64,000 nt of DNA, from positions 96,001 through 160,000 of the IMG/VR virus record IMGVR_UViG_3300033069_001378. One strand, written 5' to 3'. The notes below the pieces were generated by a model. The model was not told the DNA's origin. It searched no databases and saw only the letters and a program-made list of their open reading frames with translations. The stretch is from a virus (Duplodnaviria; Caudoviricetes). Made by a program: the position numbers and the translations under genes. Positions 53,211-64,000 of this stretch are shown here, piece after piece. The stretch's first letter is position 1. Each line of letters opens with the position of its first letter.

Positions 53211-56200
53211 AGAATTATGTCACTTCCTTCAATCGTAACAAAGTAGTCTACGAATATTGCTTCTTTTGAGTCTGCTGGTTTTAGATACGATTCACCGTTT
53301 GTTGATTTAACAATCTTGTTGTTCAAAGCCAAACTCTGTAGAGACAGAACACCTGTTTGAGTCTTCTTTGACGCATCAAAGTCGATGTAGAACGGATCTA
53401 CGTTTTCTGTTGTGATAGGAATATGTAAGACTCTTTCAAACATCTTTGGAATCATGACCTTGTTGAATAAGTAGTCTGGATTGAAAACATACGAGAAGGA
53501 TATGAGGTTCAAGAAGTCCTTTGCGTCCTTTGGGACGTTTGGATCCTTGATTACGGCATCAAAGGTTCTTCCAGATAGTCCAGTGACACCCATTGTCAAT
53601 TCAAGGTATCTATAAACCATTTCTCTGAACTGTCCTTGAACTGCAACAGGAATGTTTGTGATATTGTTGATGACACTTAGAGCACTTCCAGCTTTGACTG
53701 CGTAGAAGGTACCTTCATTGATGTTCAAGCCAGTTGTGTAATTAAGATATCTCTCAAGCAAGTAGCTTTCAAGATGATTTGTGAAAATCTGCTTTCTAGC
53801 GTCGTCACTAATCAAACGATATCTTTCGTTGTTTTGAGCAATAGACCTGTAGGAGTAGCTCTTTGCTTGGTTGTTGACAAGCGTTCCGTAATCATACAAG
53901 AGGTTGAACTCTTTGCACGAATCATAGGTCACATCATCTAGATTTGCAAATGGGTTGAATTGTTGGTCATCTTGATAGAGACTCAAATCAAACTGATATG
54001 TTTTTGGCTTGAACACGATTTCATCAAAACGATAGTCGCGCTTGTAGACGTTGATGTTGACAATATCTGTATTCGTTCTACCGTGGAAATTGTTTGACTG
54101 ACCGTCTCTCTTCATTCTCTCTGTGATGGTTTTAGAAAAGCCCACAGGCACTCCTACGGAGATAATTTTGGTCCTATCTGCCGCAAGGTTCCTTGTCAAG
54201 AACTTGTCTTGGGAAAGAAACTTGAACATCAACTGAAGTTCTTTCTTTGTTGGTACGAATCCCGCAAAGATTGGTCGAAGAGCGTCATCAATGTTTGTGT
54301 TTTCTATTTGTGGAGCATTTTCAAGCTGATACTTGAACCTATCTAGGTATCTTGTGGCAATTTGAACTTGAGATCTGTCTTTGAAGAATGAGTATTCTCC
54401 TGTGAACTGAGAGAAGAAGTTGATTGTTGCTGTATTGAGAGGTTTTGTGTTTGTTCCCTGCGCTGGTGCGACTCCTGTTGGATTAAACACATTGAATGTG
54501 GCACCAACAGCATTCACAATTCCCTTCATGTTGGTCTGAATGACCGTGAACATGCTCAAGATTCCTTCAATTGCCTTCGCATCGTTGACAAGACTCTTTT
54601 CTGTCTGCTGATATGCTCCAACATTGTTGTACGAACCATAGAGTTTAACAAGTTGGTCCAGAGAGTCTGTTGAGATTTGGGTTTGAGTTTGATTACTTGT
54701 CTTTGGAACGACCAACACCTTTTGTCCTGTAACTGTTTGAGTCAAAGTAATTTCTGCGTTTGGACTCCACTTACCTGTCGTTGCGTTGAACAAGAAGTTA
54801 AATGAAGGCTTGAGATAGTTGCTTTGAGTTGCTGTTAGATCAGAGGTTGGAGTTGGATTGTTGAACGTAGAAGTTATTCTTGGATCAAGCTTTAGCAACG
54901 AGAAACTGTCAACTTCTTTGTTTGAAGCAACGTAGTTTCCATACATATCGTTGATGATTTTCTGTATTTCGTTATTGACATAGACCATGAAAGCATTGCT
55001 TCCAAAGGTTGTCTCAATAGCAAAGTCTGCCTTCACGTATTGCTGTGACACAGACAAGAAGATTTCATACAACATAAGCATTTGACCGCTTGTTGTTACA
55101 AGATTGAATCGTGTTTGAGGAACAGAGTTGGCAGTACCAGCCACTATGAAGTTAGCTGTATTGTTTTCCATTGCCAAATCATAGAAAAGGTCTGCTGTAT
55201 AGATGAATTCTGAAATGAGGTTGGTGTATGGAATGTTTGAATCAGTTGGATAAACAACAGATTTCAAAATAGAAGAAATGTCACCATTTTGAAGAATCAC
55301 ACTTGTTACATTGTCCAAGCCGATGGTTTGAACACCGGATGGTCCTAGAATCTTTCCCTTATCCGTTGAGAATGAGTACGCTGCTGAGAATCCACCTGGA
55401 ACAATGGCTGGACCAGAGATCTCAGAAGTGCCTCCCGCATTCCTATAGAGAGCATTCATGATGTACTGCTCTATCAACTGTGCAGACTTCTCAATAATCA
55501 CACTGAACGAAACGTCTCCGTCAAAGGCTACGTTGGTTGCACCGGCAATCTTTGGAAGATACGGCAGTTCAGCAGTTGTCTTTAGCTCTTGGCTAAGATG
55601 CTCAAAGACTTTCTTATCTCCTTTTTGCTTTGCAATAACGATACCGCAAAGAAGAATGTATTGAAATAGCATTGCTTTCAGAGTTGGATCCGAATATGCA
55701 TACCTGAATATAGCACAGATTGCTGCTTGATCTGGACTTACAGACTTTTCGTAAATAAGACCCTGTGTAGACATAAAGGTTCTTTGAAGAATCTTTCTAA
55801 ACATGGTTACTGGATTGAGTTGTGTAACTCCTCCGTTGTTCACGTCCAACAAACTTCTGATTATGTCATTGGCTGCTTGAAGCTTTCTGTTTGTACTGTT
55901 GGCATAAGCCGTTATTGGGTTTATGCTGAAGATAATGTCGTTCAACACTCCATTGACGTTCACTTGTTGATTAGAGAAATCAACAATGGTATCAACCAAG
56001 TAGTTAGAGCCAGGAATATAAGTCTTATCTCCAACTTTGATTGGTCCACCGTAGCCAACACCTATTGTAGAAGCAAAAACGTCTTTATCAATGTACTTGT
56101 TCTCAAATGGGAACACATCAACAGTAGCATCAGAGGTGCTCTTAAGTTTGGCAACAGATGCCAATGACTTATCGCCTCGAATGTCATCAAATATGGACTG

Positions 56201-57412
56201 TCCAGGGCTTCCACAGATATTGTCGAATGGATTTCCAATATTTCCTGCACCAAACTCTGTTTGAAGAATGCTTGCAACGTTAGAGTTGCCAAGACCCTTT
56301 GAGATTCTGTATTCCTTGCTCAAGATGGTTGTTAGAAGCTTGATACGGTCTTCTGGTTGAATTGGCATCATCTTGTAGAAGTTGTCAAAGTGAACCTGTC
56401 TGGTTGCTCCAAGAACTGTTCCATCTGTAGGAATCCACTTGTCAAGTGTGAATCTACTGTCCTTAACAGAAGAGCCGTAAGTTACGTCTATTGAGAATGG
56501 ATCTGTGAATTGTCCTCTATCCGTATCCGTGTCACTGAACAACTCAAGACTATAAGACTCAAGCATTGCTTTTAAGTCGCAGACCATTTGAAGATATAGC
56601 TTTGTGTTCGTGAACTTCTCCACGTCTGCTGGATTGAACTTCATGTATCTGTTGATGAAGGTTCTTGTGTCAATGGTCAATGAGGTTCTGTTTGGATCAA
56701 TGGCTCCTTGAAGAGAGAACTGTCCAAGATTGTATTTGATAATATAGGACTTTAGTTCGTCATAGAAATCCAAGAGATTTTTGATTTGGTCAAGTGTTGT
56801 GTGAATTTCATTGGCATATTTGACATAACCGTTTACAAGACCAAACTTTGTATCGAAATCTGCCTTCATTTGACCAAAAATGCTCGCGGCATTGTTCAAG
56901 GTCAATGACATATTGTTCACATTTACAGATAGATTGTCTTGTCTTAGCTGTGTTGCCTTGTTGACAATATCAATCATTGTTCCATGAGCAGTTAGATTCA
57001 TTCCAATCTTTCCACCTTCATTTGTGTAAATGAAAACAGGAGAAAAGTTGGCAACAGAAATCATCTCAGGACGCAAAGAAGAGATTCCGTTTGCAGAAAC
57101 TCTTTGATATCCGTTATTTGCCAAATGAGTATCTGCAATAGAGACAGCATCATCCTTGTAATACTGTTTCATACCACTATCTCTTACAGTTACAGGCTCA
57201 ATTGGTCTTACAAAGCTAAAATTTCCTGTTGGAATGATGGCTGTTGAATTGGTTGTTGTAACTGAAGCTGCTGTGGTTGATGTAGAACTTACGTTTGGAG
57301 AACTTTGGACAGTTGCAGCACTATTCTGCGAATTGACTGTAGCTGCCCCAGGTGGAGGCATGGGAGCTACTGCTATCGCTGGTGTTCCTTGTCTTGTGGA
57401 TGTTATTGCCAT
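53207..57412 (-). CDS. Large probable virion protein
   Basis: 1401-aa ORF within the structural operon. Confidence 0.75.
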   Translation of the reverse strand: MAITSTRQGTPAIAVAPMPPPGAATVNSQNSAATVQSSPNVSSTSTTAASVTTTNSTAIIPTGNFSFVRPIEPVTVRDSGMKQYYKDDAVSIADTHLANNGYQRVSANGISSLRPEMISVANFSPVFIYTNEGGKIGMNLTAHGTMIDIVNKATQLRQDNLSVNVNNMSLTLNNAASIFGQMKADFDTKFGLVNGYVKYANEIHTTLDQIKNLLDFYDELKSYIIKYNLGQFSLQGAIDPNRTSLTIDTRTFINRYMKFNPADVEKFTNTKLYLQMVCDLKAMLESYSLELFSDTDTDRGQFTDPFSIDVTYGSSVKDSRFTLDKWIPTDGTVLGATRQVHFDNFYKMMPIQPEDRIKLLTTILSKEYRISKGLGNSNVASILQTEFGAGNIGNPFDNICGSPGQSIFDDIRGDKSLASVAKLKSTSDATVDVFPFENKYIDKDVFASTIGVGYGGPIKVGDKTYIPGSNYLVDTIVDFSNQQVNVNGVLNDIIFSINPITAYANSTNRKLQAANDIIRSLLDVNNGGVTQLNPVTMFRKILQRTFMSTQGLIYEKSVSPDQAAICAIFRYAYSDPTLKAMLFQYILLCGIVIAKQKGDKKVFEHLSQELKTTAELPYLPKIAGATNVAFDGDVSFSVIIEKSAQLIEQYIMNALYRNAGGTSEISGPAIVPGGFSAAYSFSTDKGKILGPSGVQTIGLDNVTSVILQNGDISSILKSVVYPTDSNIPYTNLISEFIYTADLFYDLAMENNTANFIVAGTANSVPQTRFNLVTTSGQMLMLYEIFLSVSQQYVKADFAIETTFGSNAFMVYVNNEIQKIINDMYGNYVASNKEVDSFSLLKLDPRITSTFNNPTPTSDLTATQSNYLKPSFNFLFNATTGKWSPNAEITLTQTVTGQKVLVVPKTSNQTQTQISTDSLDQLVKLYGSYNNVGAYQQTEKSLVNDAKAIEGILSMFTVIQTNMKGIVNAVGATFNVFNPTGVAPAQGTNTKPLNTATINFFSQFTGEYSFFKDRSQVQIATRYLDRFKYQLENAPQIENTNIDDALRPIFAGFVPTKKELQLMFKFLSQDKFLTRNLAADRTKIISVGVPVGFSKTITERMKRDGQSNNFHGRTNTDIVNINVYKRDYRFDEIVFKPKTYQFDLSLYQDDQQFNPFANLDDVTYDSCKEFNLLYDYGTLVNNQAKSYSYRSIAQNNERYRLISDDARKQIFTNHLESYLLERYLNYTTGLNINEGTFYAVKAGSALSVINNITNIPVAVQGQFREMVYRYLELTMGVTGLSGRTFDAVIKDPNVPKDAKDFLNLISFSYVFNPDYLFNKVMIPKMFERVLHIPITTENVDPFYIDFDASKKTQTGVLSLQSLALNNKIVKSTNGESYLKPADSKEAIFVDYFVTIEGSDIIL

Positions 57413-57421
57413 ACTTTGTTA

Positions 57422-60094
57422 TCACTTAATCACAATTCTGTTTGTAGAAAATGGTGTTCCTCTGGTTCCGTCAAAGAATATAGGTATGATATTGAAGGCA
57501 ACAGCACCCTTTGTATTGTTGGTATAATTATAGACGTAGGTTAAATTGGTTGTGTTTGGAAGGCTATGAGCAACTGCTACGATAGAACTAATCTTACCGA
57601 TTTGAATGACAATGGCATAATGGTCTATTTTCTTGGCATTTCCTTTTATTGACCATTCAACAACAAGCTTGTTGTGAGTTACAGAAGTACACTTAGCTGC
57701 CGTAATAACAGGGTTATCCTCTGGAATGGTCATAGTGATAGTGTCTATGTCGAGAATGTCACCTAGAGCAAACGTAGAGGCAGCGTGATTGCGTTTGAGT
57801 GAGTTTGCTGACACCAAGTTACCTTGATTCAAAGTCACAGGATTTAGGAACTTAGATGGCTTATAGGAATAGCTCTTTCCTGTGTTGGTGTCTGTCTTTG
57901 TAATGACCTTCGAAGGGAATAGGGTGTCTACGGTTCTTCCATAGGTCACTATCTTGTATTCGTAGGTATTTCCAGGCTGAAGAGGCTTAACTCTCGCTGG
58001 AGTACCAAATCTTACGTCAGAGAACTGATCTGATGACACGAATCCAAAATACTCAACCTCAGAAGTAGACTTGTTTGTTCTAAACACTTGTGTTCCAAAC
58101 AATTGCATAAGATTGCTCTTATCATCAAGACTCTCCTGGGAATATAGTCCAGCAAGTCCCTGCTCTTCAAGATATTGTTGAATGAGGTTTGGATCTGTCT
58201 TGTTTACTTGTTTTATGATGTTGAACTTGATGTTGTAAATGTTTCCGTTGATTGTTTCAATAACAGGACTGTCAATCGAAGTTGCCATCACATTCTTTGT
58301 CACTTCTTTGTACTCAACGATGTGATTGGTCTTGCCAAACTTGTAAGTTCCATCCTTGTAAAGCATTCCCACTCTGTATTCATAGATTCTTCCATATGTG
58401 ACGCTGTTGTCAACGAATGAAATTGAAGCCGCTGTGTTGGTCACAGGAACAAACCTGTTGTTTTCAACATATTCAATGGCTTTCTGTGGATTGCTTATGT
58501 CTTTCTTTGTCAAGTCTATCGAAATGACGCCAGATGGAAGGTCTTTTACCAAAATAACAATGCGTTGGTCCGATGTTCTATCAACCAAAGAAGAAATGTT
58601 CACAGAACGTTTCTTGCTAGAGGCACCACTGTTCTTTGAAATGAACTTCTTGCTGTTCTGAATAGCCGCACTTCCATAGACGGTAGATTCTACCAAGTCA
58701 TTGTTGACACTGGTGACTCTATAGAACGAAGGGTTGCTTCCTGCGCTAACTGGATCGTAGAATCTTATGAAGTCTTGCCCATAAGTACATGGAATGGTTC
58801 CAATCAAAGCATAATTTGCATCTCTCTCAATGGAACTTAGAGAAATGTCTTTCTTATAGATTTTGACAGAGGTTCCGTTTTGATCCATTTGCTTTATGTC
58901 AAGATAGTTCTTGCCAATGTCACACTTCGGATTTGTCAATACGCTTGGTGCCACGCTTGGAATTGTGCTTGCCCTGCTGAATAGTCCATGGCTTACGTTG
59001 CTGTTGAAAAGCTGAACTACTCTTCCTTGTACGTCAACAACTTCAAACATGAGTGTGAAATCTTGTCTGCCAATAGCAACAATTGGAATATCAACATACT
59101 CTGTAACATGTTGAACGTTATAGGTCTTGAAAACAGGAATGCTTAGAATGTCATTGTCGTTAATCAATCTGTTTGAATCAAGAGTTGCGTTGTTGACGTT
59201 CAAAAGAGCTGATCTGATGGTAGAGATACCTGGAATAGTCTTAAGGTCATTGATCGAAGGAAGATTGTTTGAGGAAACTCCTGCCAAGGCATTGTAGACA
59301 CCGATGTAGTTTCCATTTAGGACTTGGAAATCAGCAGGATCTCTGAGAAGTTCAAGAGAAAGGGTATTCATTGCTTGCTTGAACTGGTCTTGGAAGTTGT
59401 CCAAGGTATTTCTGAGGGCATTCAGGTCTTCGTTCGAACTAGCCAATGTATTTGTTGTTGTATCAATTGCAGCAACGTTATTGGTCCTCAAGTCTCCTGC
59501 CAAATAGTTCTCTAGTTCTTTTCTTTTCTCTATGTAGAAAGACTTTAGGTTATTCAGATAATCTGTTGTTCCAAGGGCATATCTGATTGAGTTAAGCGTC
59601 TCTTTTTTGAGATTGCTGCTCAAGTCAAAGGTGAATTTGAGAACGATGTTCTTTGCACGTTCTGCTTTTACGAAATCAAGTCTGTTAGATCCTTGAACAA
59701 GGATAGCAGTAGTCATCTCTTCTGGTGTTCTTGAAGTTCCATTGACAACGGTTACTTGATTGCTAAGAAGAGCATTTCCAAGACCAAAGTTTCCACCTTG
59801 CTCAGTTACATAGACGTTCAACTTATAGGCATTGACCCTTGTAGCTGTTATATAGTCAACAAGCAAATCTGTCTTGTATCTATAGATTGGAATTCTTGTT
59901 TGTTGGTCGATGTAAATCTCATCAAGAGCAATTCCAATGGTGTCTGTGTCTAGGCTCACAATCTTCTTCTGTTGTGTTGCATTAGCTACGCTGCCCTGAG
60001 TCGTGTTTGTTTGCCCAACGGTTGAGGTTGGATTAACAGAATTACTCTGAGTGCTTAAGTCGTTAGATGGAAAGCCTGAGATTAGGATTGTCAT
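57422..60094 (-). CDS. Probable virion protein with Fn3/Ig-like repeats
   Basis: FVDNSV.YG..YEYRV, LQPGNTYEYKI, VEWSI.G. Confidence 0.75.
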   Translation of the reverse strand: MTILISGFPSNDLSTQSNSVNPTSTVGQTNTTQGSVANATQQKKIVSLDTDTIGIALDEIYIDQQTRIPIYRYKTDLLVDYITATRVNAYKLNVYVTEQGGNFGLGNALLSNQVTVVNGTSRTPEEMTTAILVQGSNRLDFVKAERAKNIVLKFTFDLSSNLKKETLNSIRYALGTTDYLNNLKSFYIEKRKELENYLAGDLRTNNVAAIDTTTNTLASSNEDLNALRNTLDNFQDQFKQAMNTLSLELLRDPADFQVLNGNYIGVYNALAGVSSNNLPSINDLKTIPGISTIRSALLNVNNATLDSNRLINDNDILSIPVFKTYNVQHVTEYVDIPIVAIGRQDFTLMFEVVDVQGRVVQLFNSNVSHGLFSRASTIPSVAPSVLTNPKCDIGKNYLDIKQMDQNGTSVKIYKKDISLSSIERDANYALIGTIPCTYGQDFIRFYDPVSAGSNPSFYRVTSVNNDLVESTVYGSAAIQNSKKFISKNSGASSKKRSVNISSLVDRTSDQRIVILVKDLPSGVISIDLTKKDISNPQKAIEYVENNRFVPVTNTAASISFVDNSVTYGRIYEYRVGMLYKDGTYKFGKTNHIVEYKEVTKNVMATSIDSPVIETINGNIYNIKFNIIKQVNKTDPNLIQQYLEEQGLAGLYSQESLDDKSNLMQLFGTQVFRTNKSTSEVEYFGFVSSDQFSDVRFGTPARVKPLQPGNTYEYKIVTYGRTVDTLFPSKVITKTDTNTGKSYSYKPSKFLNPVTLNQGNLVSANSLKRNHAASTFALGDILDIDTITMTIPEDNPVITAAKCTSVTHNKLVVEWSIKGNAKKIDHYAIVIQIGKISSIVAVAHSLPNTTNLTYVYNYTNNTKGAVAFNIIPIFFDGTRGTPFSTNRIVIK

Positions 60095-61128
60095 GTTGCC
60101 TTTGTAACTCCAACAGGTCCACCTTCAATGTCGAAAACTATCGTAAACAAGTTGATGTAGGTTGGAGCTTTCATGTTATCGATAAATATTTTTCCACAGA
60201 AAAACACATGCTTTGTAATTGTGTTTCCTGCATCGTCGAGGTCTTCAAATGCTCCAAAGTCAATAACATCTAACTTTCCCATGACACCTTTCTTCATTTC
60301 AAAGAATTGCATTACAAGATTGTTCTCTCTCGATGTTTCGGTAAAGTTGACCTGTTGATGATATCCAATTTTCTCAAACGCATCAAGTTCTGCTTTGATA
60401 TCTGGATCGTATTTGAGAATTGGAGCCTGATTCAATGGCTTATAGTTACCAATTGGCTTAGCTGTAGATGGGCTCTTTCCATACTGCAATTTGTTCACAG
60501 GTGGAAGGAACTTATAGTTCGGAGTGTTTGATAGTCTCTTGTCAAGGAAGAAGGACTCGGCTTGGTCAACGTTGACTTCCTGTATTTGGTTTAGAGCAAT
60601 AGGTCTGTTGGGAGTTATGTTGAACACCCTGCCACCAGGACCGATTCTAAAAAGCCTCTCGGTGTCATCCACTGGATCGGGGCTTGAGAGTATCATCTGA
60701 TTCTTAAAAGCGTTCAGGGACGAGGAAACAATACCTTCAGATAGACTTGCAAAGGTGTCATTGTCGATGACTTCAGAAACCTGACTGGAACCCGTTAGGA
60801 TGAACATCTTGCCGGAACGAATGTTCACAGGCTGTTGATTTGTTAGGTTTGTAGGAGGATTTGCGTTAATCTTACCGGAATCATCCGTCTCGTAGACGAT
60901 GATATCTTGTGGAAGGTTTGTTGCCTCAAAGCAAAGTCTGTAAGTCTCGTTGAATGGAAGTCCACCGGCAGATAGAGTACCAGATACAATCGTATCCATT
61001 GAGTAGAGAGCGCCCATATCCGTAAACGAATAATAGGTTGCCTTTAGGCTTGAGTGCGCTATCTGCCTTCTACCCTCTGTTGTTAGGATTGTATCTAGCA
61101 CAACCTCTTTTGGATTCAAAATACCCAT
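60091..61128 (-). CDS. Virion structural protein (N-terminus related to 50609-51325)
   Basis: MGILN....LDTILTTEGRRQIA. Confidence 0.75.
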   Translation of the reverse strand: MGILNPKEVVLDTILTTEGRRQIAHSSLKATYYSFTDMGALYSMDTIVSGTLSAGGLPFNETYRLCFEATNLPQDIIVYETDDSGKINANPPTNLTNQQPVNIRSGKMFILTGSSQVSEVIDNDTFASLSEGIVSSSLNAFKNQMILSSPDPVDDTERLFRIGPGGRVFNITPNRPIALNQIQEVNVDQAESFFLDKRLSNTPNYKFLPPVNKLQYGKSPSTAKPIGNYKPLNQAPILKYDPDIKAELDAFEKIGYHQQVNFTETSRENNLVMQFFEMKKGVMGKLDVIDFGAFEDLDDAGNTITKHVFFCGKIFIDNMKAPTYINLFTIVFDIEGGPVGVTKAT

Positions 61129-61156
61129 AATACGAACCTATTATCATTTTGTTTAC

Positions 61157-62698
61157 TCAGACGTCTCTATCTTCAAATGGAATGGAAGAACGATATTCAA
61201 AGTCGTAAATACCTGATTCTCTGCTATTTGATAAGTAGGTGATTAGCTGTAAGTTTGGATCAAACTGTTTGTATTGGGATGCAGTTAGATAAGCTTGTGA
61301 TCCGGGGGCAAATGTGATTGTTACTGGAGCTTGTCCAATTATGTTTTTCAAAACACCCTTACCAGAACGCTCAGTTACTTTGTTGATTAAGACAGGTCTT
61401 GATGGATCGGGACTGAGATCAGACATTCCATTGTAATAGAACTTTGAATACTGCCTTTGTTCAAGTCTGTCCCTGAACTGTCCGTAATGGTCACGTCTCC
61501 AATAAGCCTTGGTGCTTGCTGCGTTTGCCTTGTAAATACCGTACTTGTATCCACGAATGCTTGGTGCCATTGTTACGAAATAGGAATTAACCAAGAAATT
61601 TGGGAAGTTTCTTGTTCTGATACCTGTTGTTGGAACGAGGATGGTGTTCATGGTTCCATAGTCACCAAGGCAGAAGAAAATGTTCTGAATATCGGTTATT
61701 TTCGATACTGTCTTACGGTTAAGGGCAGTCTGAATGACGCTTAGATTGGTCGATAATCCAGAGTAAAGATACTCTCCCTCGGAGCCAGAAATAACCATAT
61801 CTGATAAGAACTGAAGGTTCTGTGAGTTGTCTGGAGTGAATGATGTACCTGTCGCTGGCTCAAGTGCGGTACCGGACGTGAATATTGCAACAGTTCCAAC
61901 TATGTTTGATGATAGTGGATCAAGTGTGGCACTTCCTGCTACGTTTACATTGGTTGTGATTGGGTACTGAAGTTCTCTGGAAACCTTAAGGCTTCTTCCA
62001 AGTGCCTTGTACTTGATCGAGTATGGATAGTTAAGTCTCCATTGAGTGTCGTCCACTCCTGAGTATGGATAGCCAGCAGCAGCATTGTAGTGAGTTCCTA
62101 GATTGGTTAGAACGATAGCAAGGCTGTTTGAAATGTACGGATATGAAAAGTCCTCTATATATTCTCCCGATGCCAGATTCTTTCTGGAGCCTGAGTAATG
62201 GTCACAGAATTGGACTTCGCTCCATGTACCGTATGGATAAGCTGGATCATCTCCAACTGTGTTGGATGCATAGTTTCCACCATTAATCTTATACATTTGG
62301 AAAAGGTTTGGTGTGAATGAGTCGTAAAAGAACTCTGATTCATCGTTGAACTGAGCAGCGTAGTTTGCTGTTCTGCTTGGGAGGTATCTTCCATAAACAA
62401 GTTGAATATAGTCAGATAACCACATGGTCTTGTTTTGAAGTGCGATTGACTTTCTTATTTCATCTGAATTTGCCTGTGTAGAGAAGGCAATTTCAGAGCG
62501 TCTAAAGTCAACTGATGATGTATATCCAGCGGGATAACATTGAAGCATTCCATAAGTCTTGCCACCAGAAGATCCCTCAATATATGTGTGAGGCACAGAT
62601 GCAATGTTGCCATACATATAGTGATCGGAGTACGATCCAGAGTATGCTGACAAGTTTTCGATCATGAATTGATCTGGTAGTATTTTTGTTGTTGCCAT
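61157..62698 (-). CDS. Probable virion protein
   Basis: 513 aa; IRGYKYGI...RRDHYGQFRDRLEQR. Confidence 0.7.
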   Translation of the reverse strand: MATTKILPDQFMIENLSAYSGSYSDHYMYGNIASVPHTYIEGSSGGKTYGMLQCYPAGYTSSVDFRRSEIAFSTQANSDEIRKSIALQNKTMWLSDYIQLVYGRYLPSRTANYAAQFNDESEFFYDSFTPNLFQMYKINGGNYASNTVGDDPAYPYGTWSEVQFCDHYSGSRKNLASGEYIEDFSYPYISNSLAIVLTNLGTHYNAAAGYPYSGVDDTQWRLNYPYSIKYKALGRSLKVSRELQYPITTNVNVAGSATLDPLSSNIVGTVAIFTSGTALEPATGTSFTPDNSQNLQFLSDMVISGSEGEYLYSGLSTNLSVIQTALNRKTVSKITDIQNIFFCLGDYGTMNTILVPTTGIRTRNFPNFLVNSYFVTMAPSIRGYKYGIYKANAASTKAYWRRDHYGQFRDRLEQRQYSKFYYNGMSDLSPDPSRPVLINKVTERSGKGVLKNIIGQAPVTITFAPGSQAYLTASQYKQFDPNLQLITYLSNSRESGIYDFEYRSSIPFEDRDV

Positions 62699-63999
62699 TA
62701 TCCAATTGTCTCGTGTATTGCGTTACTTGTAAGTAGTTGGTTGAGAGTTTCTGAGTCTGACATTGGCTTGTTGTTTCCAAGTGCTGAGCCGTATAGGGAA
62801 ATCTTTACAGTTCCTTGATCGGCAATGGTCAACCTGTTGCATTCGAAATATCCAGTGCCACCGAACGTAGCATCATATTTCCATTCATGACTGGTTGGAT
62901 CATAGGTTCCAGAAACAGACATTGAAGCAAATGTGTTAAAGCCCATTGTGTTTATTAGCGGAAGTTGCCATCCGATGATAAGCTCATCCTCTGGATATAA
63001 TAGATATGGATTTATCTTGCCAAGAGTATATGGAGCGTTCACGTCTGCTGCAATTTGATGAGCGTTGTAGAATGTTGAAATGCTTGTTGCCGAGTTTGTG
63101 TAGATATCTGGATCAATCTGTCCAGGTGCAAGTGCATCAAATCCAAACCATACAGGAACCTGCTTCGTTCTTTCACTCTCAGAATATTTCAAATACTCAT
63201 TTGCCCTTTCTTCAAAGGCATTTGAATCACCCTGTTGAATATCGGAAGTCGCGTTAACGCCTCTCATATACCCTTGCATGAACTCAGCAAGAACGTTTGC
63301 TTCGTTAACAGCACCAAACGAGTTTAAGAAATCTCTTGTTGACAAGTGGTTAAAGCCTACGCCGTTTCTACCACCCTTCCAGAAATCATATCCGTCAATC
63401 ATTCCACCCTTTAGAGAGTTGATAACTGACTCTTGTGTGTTGTTTGACAAAAGACCGTTGATAGTTGATACGTCGATTCCCTTGGACAAATCGAACACCT
63501 GACCACCTGAGCCAGAAATTGCTGTTTGAAGAATATCTTTCATAGCAGTCTCAAGATATCCATAACTGAATGGCGATTTGCATGTGATTGGAATTGTGAG
63601 ATTCTGATTTGTAAATGAAAAAGCTTGCGTTCCACTCTGAGCTATCGACATTCCAGTATCAACATAGCACTCAGCATTTAGAGCTCTTTTTAGATCAATA
63701 CTCTGTGTCACAACAACGTCATTTGCAGAATACATGGCGGCAATTCTGTTTCTAACGATTTCGACTATATCTTCGCTTGACATACCTCTTGCTGAGTAAG
63801 CTGATCCAAGCAAAGAAGCATACCAGACCAAATACAAGTCACTTGCCGGATATAACACAAACGTTGTTTGGAATGTGTCATGAAGATGCCAAATGTTTGT
63901 GTACTTGTTTCCAAAGAACTCGTCGAAATAGTATGTTACACCAGAACCAGTCATAGATAAAAGGCTATGAAGAATTGGTCTAACCATGTGTCTTGTATA
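62698..63999 (-). CDS. Probable virion protein, likely 5'-partial
   Basis: Frame stays open past ATG 63987 to the window edge; C-terminal PYLLYPEDELIIGWQ...LNQLLTSNAIHE. Confidence 0.7.
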   Translation of the reverse strand, partial: YTRHMVRPILHSLLSMTGSGVTYYFDEFFGNKYTNIWHLHDTFQTTFVLYPASDLYLVWYASLLGSAYSARGMSSEDIVEIVRNRIAAMYSANDVVVTQSIDLKRALNAECYVDTGMSIAQSGTQAFSFTNQNLTIPITCKSPFSYGYLETAMKDILQTAISGSGGQVFDLSKGIDVSTINGLLSNNTQESVINSLKGGMIDGYDFWKGGRNGVGFNHLSTRDFLNSFGAVNEANVLAEFMQGYMRGVNATSDIQQGDSNAFEERANEYLKYSESERTKQVPVWFGFDALAPGQIDPDIYTNSATSISTFYNAHQIAADVNAPYTLGKINPYLLYPEDELIIGWQLPLINTMGFNTFASMSVSGTYDPTSHEWKYDATFGGTGYFECNRLTIADQGTVKISLYGSALGNNKPMSDSETLNQLLTSNAIHETIG

Positions 64000-64000
64000 T

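Noticed and set aside
1-64000. Stop-codon reassignment
   Set aside because: Long genes are intact under code 11, TAA, TAG and TGA all end genes, and no suppressor tRNA is seen.

Overview
A 64-kb segment of a large tailed (jumbo-type, T4-superfamily-like) dsDNA phage genome in the standard genetic code, mostly on the minus strand. 1-13 kb: GroEL, Dps/ferritin, SpoU methyltransferase, IF-1, a triple nucleotidyltransferase fusion and IMPDH/GMP reductase. 13-19 kb: short early genes behind a repeated GTTTACA-N16/17-TATAAT-like promoter. 19.5-27.5 kb: an RNA island with Ro60 (TROVE), two covarying Y-RNA-like repeats, 11 tRNAs, two tRNA-like elements, a ~570-nt structured non-coding RNA and three more structured spacers. 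27.8-35.5 kb: L,D-transpeptidase, RNA ligase and an amidoligase/glutamine amidotransferase/gamma-glutamylcyclotransferase trio. 36-64 kb: large terminase, fused SbcD-SbcC, primase, RuvC-like resolvase, head-completion nuclease and virion structural genes. The strongest signal missing from the ORF track is that two unrelated free-standing endonuclease genes each sit inside a target gene next to a diverged replacement of the interrupted end. An orphan C-terminus of the L,D-transpeptidase lies at 27797-27973 and an orphan N-terminus of the RNA ligase at 31707-31781, which suggests splicing-free homing by gene-end replacement. The second highlight is the Ro60/Y-RNA/large ncRNA/tRNA island. All calls come from reading motifs by eye; no searches or folding programs were run.
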